A DNA stretch of 63,054 nt, filler included, from Rozella allomycis CSF55 (taxonomy: Eukaryota): NCBI GenBank assembly GCA_000442015.1. It is 3 parts of 3 records of this genome, joined end to end, with 100 filler letters (N's around TTAATTAATTAA, not from the genome) between each part and the next. Parts side by side here need not be neighbours in the genome. Positions count along the whole stretch, not along the records: positions 22,468 to 54,301 come from KE561208.1; 2 more parts are not named here. One strand, given 5' to 3'. The position numbers were made by a program, and so were the translations under genes. This document shows positions 36,760-48,445 of the stretch, in pieces (the stretch's first letter is position 1; each line of letters opens with the position of its first letter). The notes under the pieces are model-generated. The model saw nothing but the letters and a program-made list of their open reading frames with translations. It searched no databases and was not told the DNA's origin.

Positions 36760-38683
36760 TCATGAGAATAATCTTTTCATGGGTAAAGTGGAGAATGGTA
36801 TTGCTGGCTCCCCATCTTTAAGGGGAGTTTCTGTAATTACAAGATTGTCAGAATTGATTATATTATCTTTTGGTGTACCCAAATTTATGTTTTTCAACGT
36901 CCGCCTTGAAATAGGGGTTTCTTTGACACATGGACTCGCCTTATACATCTAAATACAATAGAATTACTGGTATGTTTCTAAAAGGTGAGAAAGGATAAGA
37001 ATTGGAGGTGATTTCTTCTAATGTTTGAATATCAATCGACTCATTCTTATCCAAGCTGCTTCTAATTGGCTGTAAATCAATAGTCGATGTCCTAAACATC
37101 GCCCTAGATGACGCCTTTCTTTGTTTTAAAACCTTTTTAGGAGTTTCCCGCCGTGTCCATTGCCTAGCTATAGTAGGCTTAACAGGGGACATAAAAAGGG
37201 ATCTCTGGAAACCAAAAATGTCGTAAGCTGGACCTTTTATGTTGTCTGGGAGTAATTCCAAATGTGCAATAAACCAATCAGGGACATGAATAGCAAAATG
37301 AATCGACAATGGCAATGCAAATTCTTTCCTAATCAAGTCAAAATAGCTAGCCGGGTCTTGAGTTTTTAGACGTCGTAGTGTTATTAGGATTTGAATTTGG
37401 AGCTCCTTGTATTTTAATAGTTCTAATTTCATGATAATATTTTGCTTGTTTTTCTGCACGTATTGTATAAAATGATCCCATGCGACATTTGTCATCTCAG
37501 TCGGTTTTTCTAATGTTTCTTTTGCCAAAGATTTAAGATTTGAATAATAATTTTCTAAATCATTATAAGTTGTAAATGTTTTCAATAAAGTCGAATCATT
37601 GTGCTATAATGAGAGGCCTCAAATATTTGTACCTTCCAAGATTTTAGTTCGGTAAATTCATCCTTGGATTTCATTGGGTTCTCATAAAGATCCAATAAAT
37701 ACAATTCTTCAAAGGTTTTTTCTTCCTGCTTTGAGATTTCATTTGATTTTGCATTTGCCCACATTTCTATTTCTTGTAAAATTTGTTTTTCTGATTCTCT
37801 TAACATATTCTTTCAAATATATTACTTTTGTTTCTGATACTTAGCATATGGGTGCTTCAGTTTTTTGAACAAGGTAGCAGTCTCCTGTAATGAATCCCAA
37901 GGGTATAAATTCATAGATTCTACTTGATACTTAAAACTTTTATTATGTATTGCGCTATTTTTATTAGCCAGCCTCCAATAATCAATATCTTTTCCCGGAA
38001 AACATATCAATCTTTCAGCATTTGTAGCGTTTTGACACTCAAACTTAAAGACCATAGGCTTATTAAATCCTGTCTTTTTGCTGTATATAAATTTATTCTC
38101 CAATTCATATTCAGAACCAATGTAATTCTTTTCAAAAGTCAGCGGATGAGAATTATCCAAGGTATCAGGCGGAATATAAAACTTGACGTTTGCTTTTTTA
38201 TCTTTGTAGTTAATAGCTCTATCTGCATTAAATATTTCTTCATCGAGATATGTATAGCATGGACGTAAAATTGAATAATTTGCTTTTATAGACAAAGACT
38301 TCAAATCTGTATATATTAAGTAATACTCCTCTTTTTCAAACTCGTAACTATCTAAATTCATGTGTTTGTACAAGTCGACNATAATTTGCTTTTATAGACA
38401 AAGACTCCAAATCTGTATATATTAAATAATACTCTTCTTTTTCAAACTCGTAACTATCTAAATTCATGTGTTTGTACAAGTCGACATGTAAGTATTTGGT
38501 AATGTCGTCAGGTATCTGAATGTCATTTTCGCAGAATATGACCACTGTAAAGTCGTCGTCTTTAGTGAAATAATAAAAGTGAGTGTAATCTATAATAAAT
38601 TTGAGATGTCCTGGTTGTAACACAGTTTTGTGGATCAAAAGTTTCATGAATGAAATTTCGAGACTAAAGTCTGAATACTTCAA
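36760..38683 (-). CDS. Putative Sld3/Treslin-like replication initiation factor; structure and start uncertain
   Basis: LLKYKELQIQILITL resembles the Sld3/Treslin core motif (xRE.QLQI.L.L); CDK-site-rich tail SPVK, ETPKK, SPFR, VKETP, ITETPLK. Confidence 0.45.
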
Positions 38684-38705
38684 AAGTAAATGTATTGATT
38701 GCAGT

Positions 38706-39596
38706 TCATAAATTTTTGCTTTTATTAAGTATCATTTTTTCACGAGAACTGATAGCTTGAATTGATGACCCTTTATCATTCAAGTTCGTATTGGAAACTG
38801 ATCGTGTCCCACTTTCAAGTTTGTATATACATTTTTTTGAGCCAGAATCCCTGTCATCCAACAAGTCACGCGAAGAAATTGATTTCTTGGCTGTCACATT
38901 GATCTTTTGTTTTGACGATACCATTGGAAGATTTGAGGTTAGATTGTTCACTGAAGAATGCCTTGAAGGTGATTTTTCAGCCGCTGAGAAAATGTTTGTC
39001 ATTGACTTGGAGCTGATGCCCTTTGACTTTGTTGATGGTACGTTCGTATCGTTAAGTGTTTCTTTCGCCAACTGCAAACGCTCATCTAACTTTAACATCG
39101 TCAAGTCAATTTGACTTTTGCTTTTGGAAAGATTTGGATTAGAAGTGTATTTGTAGATGTTTTTGGCGTCTGCGAGCGCGCCCGGATTTGGCAATGAGGT
39201 GCTATTAAATATATTCTTAATTTCTTTTGCAAGAACCTTTTTCAATTCTTTTGTGCGCAATAGTCTATTTTGATCAAAATCTTTTGTGTCTCTTTCCAAT
39301 CTATATTTTTCCAAGACATTTTGACATGCCACTGACAATTGCTTTTTAAGAGCTTCAGTTTTAATATTATTTTGTTCTTCTCTAAAATCTGTGCCGCTAA
39401 ATCTATTCGTTATTCTTCTCACAATAGCCTCGTTGTCAGATTCATCGAATTTACCTAAATCAACAACCTCTTCAATAATATCTTCGATTTCCGTATTATT
39501 CCTTGTTGCTTCCAAAGCCAGTTGATGCTCATATGATCCTTTACCAATTGAATCTTTATCTTTTAATGGTTGGTAGCTTGGTTTAAAATCGGCCAT
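38706..39596 (-). CDS. Hypothetical protein, S/K-rich C-terminus
   Basis: 296-aa ATG-initiated ORF with no recognisable domain. Confidence 0.6.
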   Translation of the reverse strand: MADFKPSYQPLKDKDSIGKGSYEHQLALEATRNNTEIEDIIEEVVDLGKFDESDNEAIVRRITNRFSGTDFREEQNNIKTEALKKQLSVACQNVLEKYRLERDTKDFDQNRLLRTKELKKVLAKEIKNIFNSTSLPNPGALADAKNIYKYTSNPNLSKSKSQIDLTMLKLDERLQLAKETLNDTNVPSTKSKGISSKSMTNIFSAAEKSPSRHSSVNNLTSNLPMVSSKQKINVTAKKSISSRDLLDDRDSGSKKCIYKLESGTRSVSNTNLNDKGSSIQAISSREKMILNKSKNL

Positions 39597-39960
39597 GATT
39601 CAATGAACTAAAAATAGTCATAAAAATCATTATCACAAGTAAAAAATGCCAGAAATATAGATATTTTTGCATGATGGTAATAAAATTAATAACTAATCAA
39701 TATTCAATAATAATATCATCACGTTTTGCTCTGATTATGTAATTGCANTTTAAACTCGGCCATGATTTAAAGAACCAAAAATAGTCATAAAAATCACAAG
39801 CAAAAAATGCCAGAAATAAAGATAATTTTTGCATGATGGTAATAAAATTAATAACTAATCAATAATAATATCATCACGTTTTGCTCTGATTATGTAATTG
39901 CAGGGGTATTGAGTATAAAAAATCGATCAGATCCGTTCTACCCCTGCACTAAAATTTTCA

Positions 39961-41637
39961 ATGTGGATCCCTCTGTCACTAGTTGTCACAAGCATTGTAT
40001 TTGTTTCCAGTGCGTATATTCCCGTGGAATATGGAAGCCATGAAATTGCAAACAACAAGTTCCGACTTTCTGAAAATGTTATGGTGTATACAAACTCTGC
40101 AGATTTAATTAAGCCAGCTCTGAATAACGAGAGTAGAGATGTCTTGGAACAGTTTTTCAATTGTTTTCATCAAATCTATGTGTCCTTTGAGGTACCGGGC
40201 TACAAGGGATTGAGTGCTAGCGATATTGACATGATTTGCTTGAATAATCTTATCTCTGCAAGTGATATTGATTCTGAGGCATTTTATGAATCTTTTAAAC
40301 GTTTGAATCTGTTTATCAAATATGATACTGTCGATCAATTTTTGATAATGCCGGGTGCGATTCGAAACGGCATGATGTCTTGGTTTAGCCTTGATTCATC
40401 AAATTACAATCAATTCTTTAGTATGGATCTACTTTCTATCAAGATTTTTGGTCTTTACATACACTATTCATCAAATTTCGACAGAGTGCTGTCAAACCTT
40501 GAGTTTGCATTCAACAACAATGTGTTTAAAGATTTAAAGGTATTGAATATACACAATAGGGAATCAGAGCAAATTAGTCTCGCCACTGAATTATATGATA
40601 TATTCAACAATGTGGCACTAGTTTCCATAGGCATTGAAAATTTTAGGCTTGATATTTGCAAGCTAGAGGACTTGTTGTCCTACCAATCAAACTTAAAAGG
40701 GCTCAAATTGAAAAAGGTTGATCTAGGAACTAAAGGTATTGCACGCATAGGAAGATTTCTGAAAGACATTGTTGAATTGGATTTGAGTGACAATCGTATA
40801 GATTTTGAAGTTTTTGATGAATTGATCATTCATATGAGATCTGTTAAGTCGTTGAATCTTTCAGGAAATATTTTAGATGAATATTGCCTTGAAACGTTGT
40901 ATCCCTTACTTGTGACCTGTGGAATAGAAAAATTGAATATTTCGAACAACATTTTCAAGTTTACGAGTAGAGAATGGAGTTTAATAGGAAAGATTATATC
41001 TATAAAGAGCCTTAAATCTTTGAGCATCGATGGGAATGTTATTAGGAGGGCTAAAGATATGATGAATATGATTGTTAGACTGAAGTTTTCGAATGTTGAA
41101 TACTTGAGTATGAGCAATGTGCTTGAATGGGCAGCGTTTGATGATAGTTTTGAATTGGATGCACTTTTGAAAATGTTGGTTAGGGAGGGAAAGATGAAGT
41201 ATTTGAATTTGTCTAATAATTTGGTGGGTGCAAGTGGAGGTGTAGCTATTGGGGAGGGTATGAATGAGAATAAAAATGGATTGAAAGTGTTGGAACTTGC
41301 TGGATGTGGATTAACTTTTGACGATGACGATGATGAAGTGGATAACAAATATAAGGGAATTGATAGTATTTTAAGTAACATGAATGGCATGTATTATTTG
41401 AATTTGGATGATAATATGTTGGATGACAAGGGAATTGAAATGGTGATAGAAGGAATGGGTGAATTGAAAAGAGTTTCAATGAAAAGGAACAAATTAAAAG
41501 ATATTAATTTGAGATTAAAGATTAAAGAAGATGCAAGAATAACAATTGACGATGAAAGAGAAGAATTAGAAGAACATAATGATAAAATTTACAACATTGC
41601 CAATGAATATTCTTCTAGTTTAAAATCCAGACTTTAA
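39961..41637 (+). CDS. Secreted RNI-like leucine-rich-repeat protein
   Basis: Signal peptide MWIPLSLVVTSIVFVSSA; LxxLxLxxN repeats (IVELDLSDNRI, VKSLNLSGNIL, MKYLNLSNNLV, LKVLELAGCGL); intronless. Confidence 0.85.
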   Translation: MWIPLSLVVTSIVFVSSAYIPVEYGSHEIANNKFRLSENVMVYTNSADLIKPALNNESRDVLEQFFNCFHQIYVSFEVPGYKGLSASDIDMICLNNLISASDIDSEAFYESFKRLNLFIKYDTVDQFLIMPGAIRNGMMSWFSLDSSNYNQFFSMDLLSIKIFGLYIHYSSNFDRVLSNLEFAFNNNVFKDLKVLNIHNRESEQISLATELYDIFNNVALVSIGIENFRLDICKLEDLLSYQSNLKGLKLKKVDLGTKGIARIGRFLKDIVELDLSDNRIDFEVFDELIIHMRSVKSLNLSGNILDEYCLETLYPLLVTCGIEKLNISNNIFKFTSREWSLIGKIISIKSLKSLSIDGNVIRRAKDMMNMIVRLKFSNVEYLSMSNVLEWAAFDDSFELDALLKMLVREGKMKYLNLSNNLVGASGGVAIGEGMNENKNGLKVLELAGCGLTFDDDDDEVDNKYKGIDSILSNMNGMYYLNLDDNMLDDKGIEMVIEGMGELKRVSMKRNKLKDINLRLKIKEDARITIDDEREELEEHNDKIYNIANEYSSSLKSRL

Positions 41638-41647
41638 AATTCATAAT

Positions 41648-41805
41648 CTCAACATAAACTCTTAATAAATAAACTCAACATAAACTCTTAATAAACTCAA
41701 CATAAACTCTTAATAAACTCAACATAAACTCTTAATAAACTCAACATAAACTCTTAATAAACTCAACATAAACTCTTAATAAACTCAACATAAACTCTTA
41801 ATAAA
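41648..41805. repeat. 22-nt minisatellite x7 (CTCAACATAAACTCTTAATAAA)
   Basis: Six perfect adjacent copies plus one offset by 4 nt, between convergent 3' ends. Confidence 0.95.
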
Positions 41806-41837
41806 TTCCTTTCTCATTCAATCATTAAATTTAAAAT

Positions 41838-43559
41838 TTATTTTTGGAAATCATTGTGTTGAATGACATCATCAATTTTAAGAATCATTTTAACTAATTG
41901 AGTAGCCAAAAGGAATTGTTGTTTCTTTGAGATTAAAGGATCACAAACATGTTGAGATTTCATATCATTTTGACCCTTGAGGTTACAATCAATGCCTAAT
42001 CTGGGGTTATTTTCCAAAGTTTGACGAGATTTAACATCAGCTAAAGCTTCAATTGGAGAAAGACCAGAATTCTCAGCCAAGGATAAAGGAATTGCATCTA
42101 AAGCAGAAGCGAATGCTCTCATTGCGTATTGTTCAATTGTAGAAATGTTGTTGGCAGCGTTTGAGACGGCTAAAGAACAAGAGATTTCAGCAGCCCCACC
42201 GCCATAAACAACTCTATTGTCTCTAATTAGATTTCTAACAGCGCAGAGAGCATCATGTAAACTTCTTTTAGCTTCATCAATAATCTTTTAGAGTTGATGA
42301 AAGAAATTACCATTTTATTTCCACCTCTAACAAAAACAGTTACAGCTCTTGAGTTTGAACATTCTTCAATAACAATCATTCTTTCTTTTGTTGTCCCAAA
42401 TGAAATTTCTTTAACAATTCCAGCTTTGCCTAATTTTTGAACAGAAAGTTCTTCAAATCTTGGAACTATTCTACCATTAGTGGCAATAGCTATCAATTCC
42501 AATTCAGGCCCACCAACCCAACGCACAGCTGGCAATTTATTTTGTAACAATAAATGATTTGCTTCATCATCAAATCCCCATTGACAAATAACAAGATTAG
42601 CCCCTGAATCTTTCACTTGTTTCACCATCTTCTCAAATGTTTCTTTTTCATAGTTTTGTAACTTTTGATATTCTTCAACGCTTGTAATGTCTAATTTATG
42701 TTTAGTTTTTGGCTTGGGTGGTTCAAACGGACAAGTCAAAATAGCAATCTTTGCATCTTTAATCTCTTTAGGCATTTGTGGGTGTGACATGTCTTTATCT
42801 ATAACAACCCCATGCACCAACTTTGTATCTCCCAACTCTCCTCCAACTTTGCCATCAACTTTAATCAACTCAAAATCTACATCCTTTCTCTCCATATCTG
42901 CAACAGCCATTATTGTCTCTACAGCTATCTTGGCAAACAAATCATGACACTTGCTAACTCTTTTATTTACTCATCATTATTTTATTACATTTTAGATCCA
43001 AGCGACGTATACGCCGTTTTATACAACGCTTCACTGTTTTCTTTACTAAATTCTATCACATCAGATATCTCATCCAAATGCTGCACTGCAATCCCACACG
43101 CATGCTCAAATCCATCCGCTATTCTAATTGGATGAATACCCTTGTCCAACAACCCCTCTGCCTGCTCCAATAACGCTCCAGCTAACACTACAACCCCAGT
43201 AGTCCCATCCCCAATTTCATCATCCTGCGATTTGCTCAACTCTACAAGCAACTTGGCAATCTGATGCTCAACCTCCATTTGCTTCAATATCGTCGCCCCA
43301 TCATTCGACACCGTAATATCTCCATCTGGACTCACCATAATCTTATCCAATCCTTTCTCATACAACATTCACACTTACCTTTCGGTCCAAGCGACGTCTT
43401 CAAAATATTCGCCACACTCTTCGCTGCCATAATATGTGACTACTCTTGTCTCGCATTTCTACTTACCTTGATAGCTTCCACCCCCTTCAATCTACTCTTC
43501 TTCTCTTGCTCTCTCAAAATTACAAAAGGACGTCCGTATTCATCATACACCAAACTCAT
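41838..43559 (-). CDS. CCT5: CCT/TRiC chaperonin subunit epsilon, multi-exon
   Basis: [64 protein letters not shown]. Confidence 0.97.
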
Positions 43560-43621
43560 CCTAAAATGCTACAAGGGTCTCCCTTTTGGAAATTCCTAAA
43601 TGTTCCATCTGAAATTTCACT

Positions 43622-44188
43622 ATGCAAGACAACCTCTTAAATATCAGTTTCAAAGATGTTAATTGGATTCAAGTATATGTCCCTCTATTCCCTTTAATAG
43701 ATGTTTGGTCTAGATAGAAATAACGTCCTCGACTATTTCTCCTGCTCCCCCTTTTACGACAGAACTTGCAATAATCAAGTACTCAAAATGCAAACACAAT
43801 ACAATGACCTCGAAACTGAATTGCAACATTTAAAACAAATGAGAGGAATCGAATTTGTGCTTATTCATCATCAAGAACCGGCCCTTTTCATTATACAGAA
43901 ACAAAATCGCTCGTCGCCAACTTCAAGTAATATTTTAATCAGTTAATTATAGCTAAACCTTTGGATATTTATATGGTATACGAGGGAACTATATACCAAT
44001 GTCCCAATGCTCATCTGCTCTTGTCAAACAGAATACTCAGCAGTCTGTATCACTTGAACAAATCTTTTCACCTGCTGAAAGAAATACACGATGATGAAAA
44101 AGAATCTGATAAAACTTTTCTTGAAAGCAATCAATACACTGCTTGTGATCCAGACGCTCTGGCCAAATTTTTGACTCAAAATCCGTAG
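43622..44188 (+). CDS. MED6: Mediator subunit 6, 3 exons
   Basis: [44 protein letters not shown]. Confidence 0.92.
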
Positions 44189-44356
44189 TGGTTGAAAGAA
44201 AAATTTTCATTTCGCGCACGTAAGCATAATCTAATCGGTAATTTTGAATAAATTGGTTAATTTAATGCATGAACCTAGTTCAAAATTGTTGATGCCACTA
44301 TGGCTGCTATGAATTAATGTTTCAAAAGAGTCTCATAGAAAATTTATTTAGAGGTG

Positions 44357-45099
44357 CTAACATGAGCAACTGTTAATACTGTTTGTTCTCAAATTTGAAT
44401 CCAATTTTATGCCCTGAGTAAAATCACCATACCTAATTGTTCACATTACAAAAATACTTACAAATCCACATCCACATCTCTAGTAAGTGCAATTTTCGCT
44501 ATCGATTCAAATGCAGCTTCAACATTCGCTCCATCTTTTGCTGATGTTTCAAAATGCTGAATATTCCCCTTTGATTCACACCAATTCGTAGCTCTCTTCA
44601 AAGTAATCATTCTCTTTGATTCATCAATATCCACTTTATTGCCTAGAACAACAAACGGAAAATTTTCAGGATCTCTTGGACTCGACTGGACCAAAAATTC
44701 ATCGCGCCAAGTTTCCAAATTTTCAAATGATTTTGCATTGTTGACATCATACGTCAGAATACAACAGTCGGCTCCTCTATAAAATGCTACACCCAGACTT
44801 TGGAAACGCTCTTGCCCTGCGGTATCCCATATCTTGATTTCATAGAATTAGATTATGTACTTGCATGGTAATAACCTTGTCGCCCAATACAATTTCTTTT
44901 GTTAAAAAATCTGCTCCAATGGTCGCCTATTTAATAATATAGTTAATGCTACTTTGTATTGAGAGTTGAACTTTTTATTGACGTACTGGTTCATAATAGA
45001 AGTTTTTCCAACCCTCATTTCACTTTCAGTATTAAATTACCCTGAATCACCCAATATTATCACTTTTAAAAGGACTTTTTTCTGTGGTTTTGAGGCCAT
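44357..45099 (-). CDS. YPT7: Rab7/Ypt7 GTPase, 5 exons
   Basis: [60 protein letters not shown]-terminal CSC. Confidence 0.96.
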
Positions 45100-45147
45100 C
45101 GCCAACTTTAATGCTTCGCCACTCGAGAAGGCTCTAAAGTCGAAGTT

Positions 45148-46539
45148 ATGAAAAAGACTGATAAATATGATCTAAAAAGTTTAAGTAGCCGTAGTTTAAA
45201 TGACAAAACTTTGTTTTCATCGTTTGAGTTTTGCCTAAAACGTATAGGTAATGTAATAACGCTTAGGAAACTAGAGTTGTACCAACAAATAAATATAAAA
45301 CACGATTTAGTAGAGAATATTCAAGGCCATCCTTGTTTCAAGATATATTTCCCGCATTCAGATGATGGTGTTGATTGCAATTTCGAATTGTTCATGCTTG
45401 CTATACCTTTTGATCAAGATGATTACAATCCATTGGAAGATGCGATATCGTCAGTTAAAAGAGTTATCAAGGAATATTCTTTAGAAATGTGTATCGCTAA
45501 ATCAGATTCATTAGACGAATTTTACAGCAAGGAAGAATATTTTGAACTCCTCTCTTGTTTTCAGATTTATAACAGATTAATTTACACAAGACTGATGGAT
45601 GGGAGCTTAATTTCTTTGAAGCCTTCAGCTGAAACGATTTCAGATATTTTCGAGCAATCTTATTCCAGAGCAATTGAATACCCAAAAATGTTAAACAATT
45701 ATCAAAGTTTTTCTGACCAAGTGTATGGAGAAGTTAGATCAGAATTTATTCATTATTTGCTAACAAAAATTTCCATTTCCAAAGACGCTAATTTTGTAGA
45801 TTTAGGTTGTGGCATTGGCAATGTTGTTTGTCAAATGGCCGCCATAACAAATTGTAACGCGCATGGAATTGAAATAATGGAAACTCCGTACATTTATAGC
45901 GTTTTGTTATCAAATGAGTTTAAAGCTAGATTAAGAGCTAATGGGCTACAGTACGGCAATATTACCTTGAAGCACGGAAGTTTTGTTGGTAACTCTCTTG
46001 TGTCGTCGTGGATGAAATCAGCAGATGTCATATTTGTGAATAATTTTGTATTTTCAGAGGCAACAAATGAATCTGTCAAGCAACTATTCTTAGATTGCGA
46101 AGATGGAACTATAGTCATATCGTTAAGAAATTTGTCTCATATTAGGGAAGGTAGTGGTAGATCTTCAAAAGCAGCGAGGATGCGGTACACAAATAATGTT
46201 GCCAACATCTTTGAGTGTAAACAAGAATTTTACCCACCTAATAGCGTTTCATGGGCGTCTTCTAGTGGAAAATTTTACATTCATGTTATTGATAGGAACC
46301 ATAAAGGCTTACTTGGAAAACCAGGGAAGGCTACTGTCCATTCAATGAGGCCTGAAGATCAAAGTACAAATATCACGCAAGTAGAGAAGCCTAGTAAAGA
46401 TTCAGAGAGAATAAAAGAAAATTCTATTCGAAAACAGTTAAAGTTGTCCAGAAATTGGAAAGGAATACCCGTCAAAAAATTCTTTCTAAGAAAATACCTT
46501 ATAGACCAATTAAGTTTAATAAATAGAAAAAGTATATAA
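45148..46539 (+). CDS. DOT1: Histone H3K79 methyltransferase
   Basis: YQSFSDQVYGE, FVDLGCGIGNVVCQMA, GIE, ADVIFVNNFVF, SVSW. Confidence 0.92.
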   Translation: MKKTDKYDLKSLSSRSLNDKTLFSSFEFCLKRIGNVITLRKLELYQQINIKHDLVENIQGHPCFKIYFPHSDDGVDCNFELFMLAIPFDQDDYNPLEDAISSVKRVIKEYSLEMCIAKSDSLDEFYSKEEYFELLSCFQIYNRLIYTRLMDGSLISLKPSAETISDIFEQSYSRAIEYPKMLNNYQSFSDQVYGEVRSEFIHYLLTKISISKDANFVDLGCGIGNVVCQMAAITNCNAHGIEIMETPYIYSVLLSNEFKARLRANGLQYGNITLKHGSFVGNSLVSSWMKSADVIFVNNFVFSEATNESVKQLFLDCEDGTIVISLRNLSHIREGSGRSSKAARMRYTNNVANIFECKQEFYPPNSVSWASSSGKFYIHVIDRNHKGLLGKPGKATVHSMRPEDQSTNITQVEKPSKDSERIKENSIRKQLKLSRNWKGIPVKKFFLRKYLIDQLSLINRKSI

Positions 46540-46623
46540 TTAATTAAGCTCAAATTTATAAACCTTAGATTTGGTTTCAATAGTTTTAAAAGTCTCTCTC
46601 GTATAAGCACGCCACATTTTTTA

Positions 46624-48393
46624 ATGTTTAAACGAGCACCAGCGCTTATATCCCAATCCATTTTATCATTTTTAAAGGAATTTGATGATAATTGCACAGA
46701 CTTTAACCTTGAAGAAAAGGAGAGGTTGCTTTGGTCTACCCTGCAAGCCAATGAAGTAGGCAGCACCATGTTTCAGGCTATAGGAATATATTCCCATTTG
46801 CTGAATAATATTTATATTAAAGGTAGGGATTTGATTTAAGTGGAAATAGAATCATCAAACACTTTTGAACGTTTACTTCTCGTGCGCCTAGGAACTTTGT
46901 GTAAAAAATTATAAAAATTTAGAATATAGATTTTAGAATGTATTGTGATTATAAAATGAAGCATGCATTGGTGCAATCAAAGGCTATATTTCAGAGTATT
47001 ATCGAAACAGAAATGAACAAAGACGCTGTATTTCTATACGCCAAGTGTTTAATAGCTCAAGGAAAAGAATTGAGTGCTCTTAATTTGGTGTTGAAATGTG
47101 AACAAGCAGATATAAAAGATTTAGAGATTGATGGTGTATTCCATAAAGTGGTCGTTTCCAAAAAGATGACTGAAGAATTCAAGGAAAGTTTTAAAAAGTT
47201 GGATGAAAAAGAAAAGCCGTTAGGAATTGAATTTTTGTGTTTGATGTATCAAAGATTTAAACTTTTGGATTTTGTGGATTTTTTGTTTGAAGAATCTTTA
47301 AATTTGAATGAAAATGAATACAAAAGTTTGGGAATCTTAATTTTCTTTTTAATTAATGATGGGCATGGATTATCCAAAAAGATTTCATCAAAAGAGGAAA
47401 AATTGGAAAAACTTTTATCTCTTTTAAGAAAATTATCAAAATTAAATCTTTCATCTAATCGAACATCTTTCAATTTAATTTCAAAGCAAGAAATTTTTTT
47501 CATTTGTTCAGATTTTTCAAATACGTTAAAGGAAAAGATAATGCATGAAAAGAAAAGAAAGAATTTTCTGTTTTCTGTCTATTTGAAAGAACAAAAAGAA
47601 AAAATGACAACGCAAACAATTGAAAATGTTCAAAATATCGTTAGTGATAGATTGAAGTTATTTTTAGATTCTCTTGCTGCGGATAAGGTACCTATTTTTC
47701 TTTATTAATTTAAGGGATTTGTAAATTTTGAAAAGAATGATAAAGGTGGTTATGAAATAATGAATCCAAATGAAAAAAAGAAAAAAGCTCAAAAAGTCAT
47801 GAAGCTTTTGGCTCAGCAAAGGCTGTCATCTCAAGTTGATCATTTAGAACAATTGGTTGGCCCTCTTCCAACAAAAGACAAATTAGTTATTTTCAATTCA
47901 GACATTTATTTAAATCATTTTGGTCTTGCTCGATCTTTTATTGAAGATAAAAAATCAATGGTTTACTTGCCCTTGTCTGGTAATGTTACTCTGCTTTCCT
48001 TTACATATAGTTATTCATCATTTAGATCTAAAAAAATCTACAACTCCTGCGGCAAGAAATTCGGTTAAATTTTTGAATTCAACTTTAAAAAACAAAAATC
48101 CTTTTCTTTTGCCTCAAGAAAAAGATCATTTTCACACAGTCACCAAAGATGATCTTTTGGTTTATTTAAATGGGGAAAATTTCGATACAAGTTTTAAAAA
48201 AGATATAATTCATTTATGGAGCAATCTCTTCAGTGTTGACAAGGGTGTTATTAATGCGCTTTGGTATCTCAGAGAAAACAATTGGCTTGATTACGATGAT
48301 TGTGTATTCGTTACAGCAGACGAAATTATTCAGTCTGTAGTGAATGCTGTGGGAATCCAATGCATAACTGCGTCAGAATTTTTTCAAAAATGA
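46624..48393 (+). CDS. SMG5-like NMD factor with degenerate C-terminal PIN domain, multi-exon
   Basis: MKLLAQQRLSSQVDHLE followed by a PIN-like LVIFNSD..YLPLSVIHHLDLKK..AARNSVKFL, paralleling the SMG5 C-terminus. Confidence 0.65.
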
Positions 48394-48445
48394 AAAATAA
48401 ACATTTTTGCACTTTTTATTTGTTTACTTAATCTATTCTAATTAT

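Noticed and set aside
41648-41805. CRISPR-like array
   Set aside because: No spacers; a pure tandem repeat in a eukaryotic context.
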